DNA from: Octopus sinensis
Lineage: Eukaryota
NCBI RefSeq assembly: GCF_006345805.1
Contig: NW_021835667.1
Location: 1 to 26,328 of the forward strand
Length of the DNA: 26,328 nt
Direction: 5' to 3'
The stretch's first letter is position 1; every line of letters begins with the position of its first letter. A program made the translations under genes and the position numbers. The notes beneath the pieces were generated by a model. It saw only the letters and a program-made list of their open reading frames with translations, was not told the origin of the DNA and did not search any database. This document shows positions 1-11,715 of the stretch, in pieces.

Positions 1-692
1 CCTCAGAATTCATATTTTTTTCAGTTAAAATGATTTTGAAGACTTCTGAATAAATGATATTCTGGCGAATATGGTGGGTGGGGCATCGCTTCCCATTCAA
101 ACCGCTCCAACCTTTGGAATGTCATCCTCGCTGTATGTGGCCGAGAATTACACTCGGAAAGGTTTTGAAGAACCCATTCACCTAATTTGCTGACTTTTCC
201 GATGGCACGCAGGTCTCGATGAATGGTAGAATGACCAAATCCAAGATTGTCTGCTAGTTCCTCAACAGTTAACATGGGAATTTGCTCCAGCAGGGTTTGT
301 AGGACGTCCTCGTCGAGCTCTATTGATCTTCCAGGACGAGGCTCGTCTTCTAGGCTGTAGTTTCCGGCTCTGAATTTCTGTAGTCACCATTGACACTGGC
401 TTACGCTTATTGTCCAATCACCATATACTGCATTAATATTCCCCGCGTTGGTACCTTTCTTGAACTCATAAAGCAAAATATGCCGAATATGATCCTTTGT
501 CACTTCTATAATAGCTTTGAGAAATAACTGTTAAACACGAACTGCACTCTTCAAAACTTGCACTAAGAAGAAGAGCAAGGTAAAATTACTACCTGCTTTT
601 ATAGCAAGTTGATGCAGGTAGTTTATCCTGTCCCTCTCCGACTTTTAGTTCATGCAATTGAAAATAAACGCATTATTTATGGGATGACCCAA
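1..692 (-). mobile_element. Decayed, internally deleted mariner (Tc1/mariner, DD34D-type) DNA transposon; left end runs out of the window
   Basis: Minus-strand frame from 509 (ATG mutated to ATA) reads IEVTKDHIRHILLYEFKKG...NINAVYG...QW*LQKFRAGNYSLEDEPRPGRS...TVEELADNLGFGHSTIHRDLRAIGKVSKLGEWVLQNLSECN|SRPHTARMTFQRLERFEWEAMPHPPYSPEYHLFRSLQNHF. These are mariner HTH, WVPHEL-like and YSPD-like motifs. TIR-like TTGGGTCATCCCATAAATAATGCG lies at 692-669. Confidence 0.9.
21..509 (-). pseudogene. Mariner transposase pseudogene (lost start codon, TGA at 386-384, internal deletions)
   Basis: In frame with track ORF 21..275. It has a premature stop at codon 42. The catalytic core is missing between the WVxxxL and RPH motifs, and LAPSD is missing after YSP. 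Confidence 0.85.
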
Positions 693-965
693 CATACATA
701 CATACATACATACATACATACATACATACATACATACATACATACATACATACATAAGTTAATGATTTACCTACATGAAATGTTTCTGATGAATAGTTTG
801 TTCATTAAAGTACAGCACACATATATATATATATATATATATATAGATATATATATATATATATATATATAGATATATAATATATATATATATTATATTA
901 TATACATTTATTTATATACATTTATTTATATATGCATTTATTTATATATACATTTATTTATATAT
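693..965. repeat. (CATA)n and (TA)n microsatellites
   Basis: Direct reading: (CATA)n at about 693-752 and imperfect (TA)n at about 820-965. These explain ORF 609..872. Confidence 0.95.
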
Positions 966-1520
966 GTGTGCAACGAATGATGGAAGGTCAATTATGTATC
1001 TAACATTAATTACGAAACAACTGTCAACTAAGAGAATAAACATCTATATCTCTCACTCCACTTCTCTTAGCTGGTCAATTGTTATACGTACTCTCTCTCG
1101 TTGCGATTTCTGGGTTTTCAAATCAAAGCTGAGCTCACATCCTAATCTTATCCAAAGTCTTTCTTGATAGCCATGCACCAAGCAAAGAGCTTACTGTGAG
1201 CTCTGTTTAATTCTTTGTATCCTTAGCTTTATTTTGTGTGTGTGTGTGTACGTACGTACATGTGCACGGACGTTTGTATGTATGTATGTATGTATGTATG
1301 TATGTATGTATGTATGTATGTATGTATGTATGTATGAATAAATGTACGTAGGCAGGTATGCATGATTCTATGTTATATGAAATACGTTATATGACTGCAC
1401 AAGCGTATATATATATATATATATTATATATATATATATATATCCATATTTACAAATGTATAAATATATATATACTCACACACATAGATAAGTATGCCTG
1501 GATATAGACTAGTGGTTGCA

Positions 1521-1570
<50 letters not shown>

Positions 1571-1779
1571 TGTATTTATGTGTGCGTGTATATTATTAGG
1601 CGTGTTCGTAATCAGTGTCGAGCATTCCTCCCGGTAACACTATAAAGCTGCTACAATATATATTCTTGAAATATACTATAAATTATACACCCTGTAGCAA
1701 TAATAAATGGAAAAAAGGGAGGGAGGGAGGGCTGGAGAAGTTCTAGGTTCTTTTTGTTTCCCACATCTCATCTTCGCTC

Positions 1780-2065
1780 CCCCACCACCTCCACCACCTT
1801 CACCTCTAATACCACCACAACACAGACCGTCACTTTGTCAACACAACTACCACCACCACCACCACCACCACCACCTTAGCACCGCAACCATCATCACTGT
1901 AAATGCCGGCATCAACGTCACCACCGTCACCACCGTCATCGTCATTACCCCCACCACAACCACCACCACCACCATCATCATTCTCATCGCCGTCACCGCC
2001 GCACACGATCGCTACAAGTATTACGCGAACCAAGACCATCCCCACCAAGACCACCACCATCAATT
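1780..2065. repeat. Imperfect (CAC/CCA/CAT)n trinucleotide low-complexity tract
   Basis: Direct reading. It generates the Pro/His/Thr-rich ORFs 1707..2102, 1830..2081 and 1903..2094. Confidence 0.9.
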
Positions 2066-2167
2066 CCAATATTTTAACCAATTTCCAAAACTGACAAACT
2101 AAAGTATCTCGATACTATTTTTACTGGTATAGCCCTGCAGGATATATAACACTTTACACCTTCTCTC

Positions 2168-2171
<4 letters not shown>

Positions 2172-2225
<54 letters not shown>

Positions 2226-2374
2226 TTCTTTCTCTTATATATATACACCTCATGCATATACAGATTCATTTAAATATATTAATATTATATATATATATAT
2301 AATATAATTATTACATGTATATATATATGTATCTATGTATATATATAAACATATATATGTATATATATATATAT

Positions 2375-2444
<70 letters not shown>

Positions 2445-2463
2445 GTGCATGTATGTATATATG

Positions 2464-2497
<34 letters not shown>

Positions 2498-2520
2498 TTA
2501 TGTATAGGTGTGTGTGTATA
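2172..2520. repeat. (CT)n followed by (TA)n/(TATG)n microsatellites
   Basis: Direct reading. Confidence 0.95.
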
Positions 2521-2818
2521 GTATAGTGTGTATGGTAATGTGAAAAATATGTTAGCAAATCGCTCGCTTGATAAAAATGAAATGAATTGATGTCTGGAGC
2601 CATAATGTAGTAAAAGATATTTATTGGTGGTTGAAACATAAGGACAGCAGATAAAATAGCATGGCATACATATTGGCAGGAATGGGGAGGGCGTGTGGGG
2701 GGGGCGGGGGGGCGTCTGTGTGTTGGGGGTGTTTACATTTTCTCACTTGTAATGCCTTCCCTGTATGTTGCAGAAATATAATTCTTTTCCTCCAGAATAA
2801 ATTGCACTTCATATTCGA

Positions 2819-2899
2819 GACTCTGATGAAGCTATACGATGTTATTCAGGTACTCAACTAAGAGTGCACTGCATCCTATCGCAGAAACAGCTTTAAGCC
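2819..2899 (+). ncRNA. Degenerate type I hammerhead ribozyme-like motif
   Basis: CTGATGA at 2823-2829, a long imperfect stem II, GAAAC at 2884-2888, then AGCT-T-TA. Stem I GACT/AGCC pairs 3 of 4. Confidence 0.45.
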
Positions 2900-2976
2900 A
2901 ATGAAGTTCATAATATAATCATTGTTTTTCTTGTGTCATCTTTTTTCTTACACATATATGTATATATATATATATA

Positions 2977-3122
2977 GGCGCAGGCCCTGGGTGTGTGGTA
3001 AGTAGCTTGCTTCCCAACCTCATGGTTCCGGGGTCAGTCTCACTTCGGCAGGTGTCTTCTAGTATAGTCTCGAGTCGACCAAAGCTTTGTGAATGGATTT
3101 GGTAGACGGAAACTGAAAGAAA
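2977..3122 (+). mobile_element. tRNA-derived SINE, family B
   Basis: GGCGCAGG...GTGTGGTAAGTAGCTTGCTTCCCAACC...CGACCAAAGCTTTGTGAATGGATTTGGTAGACGGAAACTGAAAGAA. It is homologous by eye to 8833-8970 and 21663-21710. Confidence 0.85.
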
Positions 3123-3499
3123 CAAGCATCAACAGTTTGGGAAAAAAATAGAAATGAAATATATACAAGCAGCAACCGGCTTAAAGGCTTCATTCATTAT
3201 AGCCCTTCCCAAATATAACAAAGCTGGCTTCAATAAATGGCTTCAGATAAAAATTCTTGCTAAACGAATTCTCAGTTGTTCATGCTCTTTTCCAATATTA
3301 TTATAAATCGCGTTCTATTCCGTTGAACGATTATTCACGCCATTTTTACGATAACATCCGTTATAACATCCGAGAACAATTTACGGATGTGGTTTTATAT
3401 AAAGCGACGGTTATATAGTTTTCTCTTTTTAAATAACTCCGCCAGATATTGAGTGTCTATCATATCCCACCCGTTCTGTTGATAACAACTTACTGGGTA

Positions 3500-3821
3500 G
3501 GCACCCTGTCGGTTACGACGGCGAGTGTTCCAGTTGATCCGATCAATGGAAAAACCTTTTTGTGAAATTGAAGTGCAAGTGGCTGAGTACTCCACAGACA
3601 GGTGTACCGTTAACGTAGTTCTCAGGGAGATTCAGTGTGACACTGTGTGTGACAAAGCTGGCCATTTGAATTCCAGGTACAACTCACTTTTGCCAGCTGA
3701 GTGAACTGGAGCAACGTGAAATAAAATGTCTTGCCCAAGGACACAACGCGCCGCCGGGAATCGAACTCAGGACCTTAAGATCGTGAATCGAATACCCTTA
3801 GTCGTAAGCCACGTGCCTTCA
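3500..3821 (-). mobile_element. tRNA-derived SINE, family C
   Basis: The minus strand has a tRNA-like head with B-box GAGTTCGATTCCC, followed by GTGTCCTTGGGCAAGACATTTT, a central-domain motif common in invertebrate SINEs. Confidence 0.8.
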
Positions 3822-3875
3822 GTCAAGGCATAAATTCACTTTACCATAAAACAACCACAATATTTCTCTAGGCAT

Positions 3876-4108
3876 AAGTCGGCGAGCTGGGAGAAACGTT
3901 AGCGCGCCGGGCGAAATGCATAGCGGTATTTCGCCTGCCGCTACGTTCTGAGTTCAAATTCCGCCGAGGTCGACTTTGCCTTTCATCCTTTCGGGGTCGA
4001 TAAATAAAGTAGCAGTTTCGCACTGGGGTCGATGTAATTGACTTAATCCCTTTGTCTGTCCTTGTTCGTCCCCTCTATGTTTAGCCCCTTGTGGGTAGTA
4101 AAGAAATG
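3876..4108 (+). mobile_element. tRNA-derived SINE, family A, full length with target-site duplication
   Basis: GGCGAGCTGG...GAGTTCAAATTCCGCCGAGGTCGACTTTGCCTTTCATCCTTTCGGGGTCGATAAA...GCCCCTTGTGGGTAGTAAAGAAAT. It is flanked by AATATTTCTCTAGGCAT (3859-3875) and AATATTCTCTAGGCAT (4109-4124), a 16-17 bp TSD with a 1-nt indel. Confidence 0.9.
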
Positions 4109-4757
4109 AATATTCTCTAGGCATGAAAATATGAGGGAATAAATCAGGAGATGCAACAGCATTAAAAGACGACCCCTGCATTTCTACAGGTTTAAAACTA
4201 TATTTAAATATGTATTTGTGTGTGTGTATGCTTGTATATATGTACACACAACACATACACACACACACACACACACACTCACACATGCATACACGTTGTT
4301 CGCAGGAGTCTTTTTTAATTTCTTGAAGTGAAGTCGTATCTTTAAACAGATGTTTTTCGTATTTTGGGAAGGTCATCTGGGCGAAACCAACACAGGCGTT
4401 GACTGTATTTCACTTCTGATTTATATTAACCCGTAATCAATTATTAATTGATGGATCAATCAATGGATACATCAAAGTCGTTTCTTCACCACCGCTCTTC
4501 ATCTCATCGATGACCTCTCCTCACCATTCTCTTCTCTTTTTACAAACACTCAATTTATTCTCTCTACTCAGTATTTCTACTTTACAATGCTTCGCACACG
4601 CGCGCGCGCGTGTGTAAATAATATCATTGGGTGTTTATTGATCTATAATATCATAACATTCAATATGTATATCGCTGTATGCGATCACAATATCATATCA
4701 CATATGTTATATCTCTTGATGCATATCATATTGCATCCCCACGCAATATTTTACATA

Positions 4758-4814
<57 letters not shown>

Positions 4815-5344
4815 GTGTATGTGTGTGTGTGTGTGTGTATCCTATGTGTCTCCTATGAAATATCATTGAGTGCTTGTCCTGTTCTGTTATCAGACGTGGT
4901 CATTATTACTTCTAAACACCTCCCAAACCTTTTCATAAATTTGTGGCTGTCAAAGTGTTTTCACGTAGAGTAATATACCAGAAGCTGTGTCCATACGGGT
5001 GTGTGGGAGGGGGGTTTCTTTCTGGTCTTTTTATATCGGAGCATTGGTGTGAAGAATTCATGTTATTGGTACTTTGCTCAAATAGTACAATAATATTATC
5101 GAGAAGTATATTGATATTTCTTTCGTTGAATAATATTTGCATAGATTTAAGAAATTTCCTCTTTCAATTTGCTCGCTTTACAACGTTTTTAAACAGGCTT
5201 TTCCGAAACAGCGATTTTATGAGGGACTCTTCTATCTCTCTACACAACTTCGACTCGGTATTGTAATAAATATAATTGTTAATGTATTTACTATATAAAT
5301 ACTAGAATATTAGTTGTTGTCAATGGTGTTGATTGTATTACTGG

Positions 5345-5880
5345 TTGTGATGGTGGTGGAAGTGGTGGGTGCGATGGTGGTGGTGGTGGTGGTTTTGGTG
5401 GTGGTGGTGGTGGTGGTGGTGGAGATGATGATGCTGATGGCAGAGATAATAATGGGGAGGGGTGATGGATAACTAGCAGCGAGGGAATTCATTGGTTGAC
5501 TTAGATCTCGGACAAAACGTATATTTCTCTACAGCGCTGTATCTTAATGGCTCCCACCTGGTCTCAGTAATTCTTCCCAACTTTGGACGAATATACACAC
5601 ACACACACACACATACATACATACATACATACATACATACATACATACATACATACATACATACATACACATATATATACACATACATATATATATACAT
5701 ATATATATATACATATATAGATACATATATACATATATATATTTATATATATTTATATATGTATGTATGTATATATATTTATATATATACATGAGTGTAT
5801 ATGTGTCTATGTATATGGATATTTGTAAATACATTTATATGTGTGCGTGTGTATACATATGCAAGTGTATGTGATACATA
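5345..5880. repeat. (GGT)n tract and (CA)/(CATA)/(TA)n microsatellite block
   Basis: Direct reading: (GGT)n at about 5345-5420 and microsatellites at about 5595-5880. Confidence 0.9.
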
Positions 5881-6419
5881 TTTGCCGTTATATATTTTTT
5901 GACTTGTTTTCTACGCTGCGCATAAAAAATTAGCAACATTAGGACCCAACAGAGAGACCATTCATTCGCCATCTTCCCTTTAATGAATCCACCCAGAGGA
6001 ACTTGGAACAACCATTAAGTAGGATTTCATTCCATGCTTAGAGATGGAGATGGGGATGTTGAAATTTTTATATATTTAATGCAGCTAATCACCACAGCAA
6101 TTATATCCATGCATATAATACGTATAGTGTAGATTCTATACGTAATATGTGTCTATAGAAGCCGGACTATATGTAACGTGTGTATACGTAACAGGTTTTT
6201 TATATAAACCACACTCAATATGTGATATGTCTATATTTAACAAATTCTCTATCTAATGTATAACCAGACTATACATATATGTGTGTGTGTGTATGTGCGT
6301 GTATTATCTGTGTGTGTATGTGCGTCTGTCTGTCTGTCTGTGTGTGTGCGCGCGTGTGTGTGTATGTGTGTCTGTCTGTGTGTGCGCGTCTGAATCTGTG
6401 TGTCTGTGTGTACATAGTA

Positions 6420-7100
6420 GACTCTATCTGCCTGAAATAACATGCAAATCTTTCTAAATTCAAACCTCGCGGCCAAGAAGGACGCCATATTGGATACAAT
6501 AGTTCTGCTGAAAGAAAGACGGGATGTTCATGAGTGGAACGCTTTTCATCTTAGAGTGTAATCTACCAGAGGTTGGCCCTGGAGTAGCCAACGACAATAT
6601 GGACGTAAATGTGGTTGTGTGGGAAAGGAGTTCGATTTGCCACCGCACGGCACATCAGACAGCTTTGAGCGAAGCAAAACCTTTTGAAGTGAAATGTGGT
6701 AAACGGAAATCCCAGGGAGGGAACGTTTCTGTTCTTGTGTCATAGGCTTAAATCATTACTTGCATAAACACCACCGCTCGTTGGACATCTTTAGCCGAGT
6801 CCAGTCTGTAGGAGATATTCTTGGTCTGAATATAATACCTCTTCGTCTCGCAGATGTCCAGAAACCTTTCCAAACCTGACCACCCCTACTGTATCCCTAT
6901 GCCTCGTAATTCCTTCATAAACGAACACAAAGACCCACATTCGCGTGACCCCAGAAATCCGTCCTCCATTTTTTATCTCAGTAGTTTTAATGTGACGAGT
7001 GAGCAATATCTTCCTGGATAGGTCGATAAGGTTGATATTCATTTTCATAGGGCAGTAATTAAACTCCGCAATGACTCCCATGAATCACTCGTAAATTCTA
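6420..7100 (-). mobile_element. Probable Penelope-like retroelement reverse transcriptase remnant
   Basis: Frameshifted minus-strand motifs appear in the order expected for PLE RT: RHRDTVGV (RYxDD-like), LERFLDICE, VVFMQVMI (VxFLDVxI-like), AYDTRTETFPPWDFRLPHFTSK (YDKRDDF...RxPHxxS-like), AVRWQIE...TTTF. It is heavily mutated. Confidence 0.45.
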
Positions 7101-7447
7101 AAGTGCTCCCACTATCTACAATTTGGAATGGTACTACCAAATGCTACCTATTTGCAACTAGGTGAACTGCGATATTATGAACTAACTCTATTAATCCCAA
7201 AGCTAACACAGCTGCCTTGGTCAGAGTACGAACTTCCGACCTCTTGGCTCCTTTCCCATTATTTACAATGAAGCCTCCCGTTTTCTCCTTGAGAGGAAAT
7301 AGCTTCCATAAATAATGTCCGCCAATGAAACGGACTTTCATCTGTAATTCCTCGCCCCGCTCATATTTTATGACATTTTATAAAATATCTACGACGCCAT
7401 ATTGATGATTATTGCTTCCTCCTCCACATGTAGTGGAGGAGGAAGTA

Positions 7448-7454
<7 letters not shown>

Positions 7455-7482
<28 letters not shown>

Positions 7483-7722
7483 CTCTCTCTCACTCTTTCT
7501 CTTCCTCCCTCTCTCTTTCTCTTTCTTTCTCTCTCTCTCCTTTACAAACGCGCATACGCACGCATACACACTTATATACACACATATGTGTGTATATAGG
7601 TACATATATATATATTATATATATATATACTTATATATATATATACATATACATATATATACATATATACATATATATACATATATATATACATATACAT
7701 ATATATATATATGTATATGTAT

Positions 7723-7769
<47 letters not shown>
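7455..7769. repeat. (CT)n, (CA)n and (TA)n microsatellites
   Basis: Direct reading. Confidence 0.95.
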
Positions 7770-7773
<4 letters not shown>

Positions 7774-8690
7774 TTTATTCTTTTATTCGTTTCATCCATG
7801 CAACTGCGGTCATTCTGGCGGCGCACCACCGTGATTATGTTGAATTCCTCAGGCTGGATTTCATGTTGCCTCACACCACCACTCCTGTGCGTACCTTTGT
7901 CCGAGCTGTTGGCCCATTTGGTATATGAGGGAGTCTGCTGCCCTCATCTGTACCTCATGTCGGACCATTGGTATTGTGGAGAGGAAAACGTCAAGTTCCC
8001 TTTTTGAAGACATCTACGTCTACATTATGTAGATTCCTTTTTTTTTGTGTGGCTGGGCATTGAAGAGCTGTTGGTCTTTGAATCCTAGGCTATTGCAGTA
8101 CCTGGTCCTGAATTTAGACGGCGTGGAAAGTACCTTTGGTACAATACAATAGCGTCCAGTTCTAGCATCTCTATAACATTCAATGCCAAAATTTGGTACC
8201 AACCTTTTTAGAGTTTTTCATATGTAGATTATAACGTATCTGTCGCGCCTTCATTGCAGGGAATCAAGTTGCAGTTCTATTCAGCCTCTCCCAGCAGTTC
8301 ATCCGCTGCACTTTTTCAATATTTTTAGTGGCGTTCAACTACTTCAAATTCCGCTGTTTGTTTGGAACTATGTAATGGCCACAGCCGAGAGTAGTAGTCC
8401 AGGCGGCTGAGAACGAAGGTCCTCCACGGAGTCAACATAACCTCTTGGTCTCTTACCTTGAAGCACCTTCGTATCTATCCTGCCAGTTGTCTGTACTTTG
8501 CTGCCATCTTGGTAAGGTGCATATGCAATGATGCATCATTGCACACGTTGATCCCCAGGTTTTCACTGCATGTGACACTGCGATTGCAGTATCTTCTGTG
8601 TCCGATTCGTTCTTTCCTTGAGCTTGATACCCATTGTATCGGCCTCTTTTGCTGAACTGCTAGGTCGTCAAGCGGTGGCGGTGGGGCCAA
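7770..8690 (-). mobile_element. CR1/L2-group LINE, 5'-truncated 3' fragment (RT C-terminus and 3' UTR)
   Basis: The minus strand reads NLGINVCNDASLHMHLTKMAAKYRQLAG*IRRCFKVRDQEVMLTPWRTFVLSRLDYYSRLWP...VQRMNCWERL...SLQ*RRDRYVIIYI*KTLKRLVPNFGIECY...RTRYCNSLGFK. This is typical of the CR1-type RT C-terminus. An AATAAA-rich tail lies near 7770-7790. Confidence 0.85.
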
Positions 8691-8832
8691 ACACAAGCAC
8701 TAAAATACATACATACATGCATACACCCACCTCATATATATATATATATATGTATGTATGCATGTATGTATGTATGTATGTATGTATGTATGCATGTATG
8801 TATGCATGTATGTATGCATGTATGTATGTATA

Positions 8833-8970
8833 GGCGCAGGGTAGCTAGGTAGTAAGAGGTTTGTTTCCGGGTTCATTCCCACTCCGTGACTTCTTGGACA
8901 AATTTCTCCTACCATGCTGGCCAAAGCCCTGTGGAGGAATTTAGTAGACGAAACTGAAAGAAGTACGGCG
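8833..8970 (+). mobile_element. tRNA-derived SINE, family B (diverged, internally deleted)
   Basis: GGCGCAGG...TTCCGGGTTCATTCCCACT...GGCCAAAGCCCTGTGGAGGAATTTAGTAGACGAAACTGAAAGAAG. It is homologous to 2977-3122. Confidence 0.8.
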
Positions 8971-9501
8971 TATGTATCTATGTGTGTGTGTGTGTGTGTA
9001 AATACACACACACGCACACGAATGAATTGCACATAAAACTATACAACCATTTGGCCAAACAAGTATGAATAGATCCTTCATCGCTTTCGACGATGAGATA
9101 TGACTCGGGTAAATTTACTTATTGAATTGTATTTTTAGTGGCTGAGGTAGAATCAATTTATGCGAGTTGCAAATCAGCGGGTTCGAACCCAAAATCTCCA
9201 GATGTCGCGCGCTTGCGAACACGTATACACACATGTATATACACATACACTGATGCATAATGTATTACGTCATTATTTACACACATAGACATACATTCAT
9301 ACACACACACATACATATACTCATATTTTTATGTACAAGGACACATACGCACACACATTCATACATACACGCTGGCACAAAACACACACACACACACACA
9401 TTCACACACACACACAGACGCACACACACACACACACACATTCACACACACACACAAGCATATACATACATATATATATATATATATTATATATATATAT
9501 A

Positions 9502-9859
9502 TTGAATAAAGGTATTGTGGAGTGTGACACATAATCAACGATCGAACTCAGTCCTGGGTTCCACAATCTGATCCAGTGTAGTACGACCCGCAGCATTAAC
9601 CTCAGGATACTGCGAGGAGTAGGGGCCAAGAAATAGAAATAATGATACGCAGAAAATAGGTATTTGATGTTTTGTATTAAACGTTTTGCATCTTTTGCGG
9701 AACACTGATGAGGTATTTTGCTTAGATACCTAATGTTTCTAAATGGTTGTGTAATTATCACGGCATATTGCTGAAACCCGTGTATGATCATTTAACGTCA
9801 ACCTTGTTTTTGTTTGTTATTATATGTGTGTGCATGAATATAAGTGTGTATGTGTGTGT
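9502..9859 (+). repeat. Segment X, copy 1 (duplicated at 11716-12073)
   Basis: Identical by eye to 11716-12073 at a constant offset of 2214. Confidence 0.95.
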
Positions 9860-10014
9860 GTATCTGTGTGTCCTGTACTTTATATATCCGTGCAACAGCG
9901 TCTGTCTGTATGTCTTTGTTATATTGTCATGTTTCTGTGTGTGAGAGTGTGTTTAGCTGTACGTAAGCATACATACATATATATATATATATATTATATA
10001 TATATATATGTATG

Positions 10015-10242
10015 TATTTCTTTACTGTCCACAAGGGGCTAAACATAGAGGGGACAAACAAGTACAGACAAAGGGATTAAGTTGATTACATCGACCACAG
10101 TGCATAACTGGTACTTATTTAATCGACCCCGAAAGGATGAAAGGCAAAGACGACCTCGGTGGAATTTGAACTCAGAACGTAAAGACAGAGGAAATACCGC
10201 TAAGCATTTCGCCCAACGTGCTAACGATTCTACCAGTTCGCC
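10015..10242 (-). mobile_element. tRNA-derived SINE, family A, full length
   Basis: Reverse complement of the element at 3876-4108 (e.g. GGATGAAAGGCAAAG, GAATTTGAACTCAGAACGTA, GAAATACCGCTAAGCATTTCGCCC). Confidence 0.9.
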
Positions 10243-10390
10243 ACTCGCCACCCTTACACATATATATATATTTGTGTATATATGTATATATAAATATATA
10301 TGTGTGTGTATGTAAATAGACGGGGTAGTTAGTGCATGTTTGTGTGTGTCAGGGTGTGTGTTTCTGTGTATGTATGTCTGCATATATATA
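10134..10390 (+). repeat. Segment Z, copy 1 (duplicated at 11446-11700; its last about 75 bp also repeated at about 10414-10487)
   Basis: It differs from 11446-11700 by one 1-nt indel (CATTTCG vs CATTCG) and one substitution (GGGTAGTT vs GGGTGGTT). Confidence 0.95.
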
Positions 10391-10495
10391 TATATAATAT
10401 ATATATATATAATATATATGTGTGTGTATGTAAATAGACGGGGTAGTTAGTGCATGTTTGTGTGTGTCAGGGTGTGTGTTTCTGTGTGTGTGTAT

Positions 10496-11444
<949 letters not shown>

Positions 11445-11445
11445 G

Positions 11446-11553
11446 AGGATGAAAGGCAAAGACGACCTCGGTGGAATTTGAACTCAGAACGTAAAGACAG
11501 AGGAAATACCGCTAAGCATTCGCCCAACGTGCTAACGATTCTACCAGTTCGCC
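11446..11553 (-). mobile_element. SINE family A, 5' half only (part of duplicated segment Z')
   Basis: Matches 10134-10242 and abuts the (GT)n tract. Confidence 0.9.
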
Positions 11554-11715
11554 ACTCGCCACCCTTACACATATATATATATTTGTGTATATATGTATAT
11601 ATAAATATATATGTGTGTGTATGTAAATAGACGGGGTGGTTAGTGCATGTTTGTGTGTGTCAGGGTGTGTGTTTCTGTGTATGTATGTCTGCATATATAT
11701 ATATATATATATATA

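Noticed and set aside
1707-2102. 131-aa Pro/His/Thr-rich ORF and overlapping ORFs
   Set aside because: They are explained by (CAC/CCA)n low-complexity sequence, which lacks stops in several frames on both strands.
6112-6151. Short hairpin TACGTATAG/CTATACGTA
   Set aside because: AT-rich 9-bp core in low-complexity context, expected by chance.
9140-9220. GGGTTCGAACCC B-box-like palindrome (similar tRNA-like bit at 23483-23520)
   Set aside because: No cloverleaf can be formed. These are at best old SINE heads, not tRNA genes.
9705-9734. CTGATGA followed by a 5-bp stem GGTAT/ATACC (also at 11919-11948 in the duplicate)
   Set aside because: It resembles the first half of a hammerhead, but TAAT replaces GAAA and no convincing stem III/NUH follows. 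Too degenerate to call.
9402-9791. 129-aa minus-strand ORF (and its 121-aa duplicate at 11640-12005)
   Set aside because: No recognisable motif, it ends in microsatellite, and its recurrence is due only to the segmental duplication.
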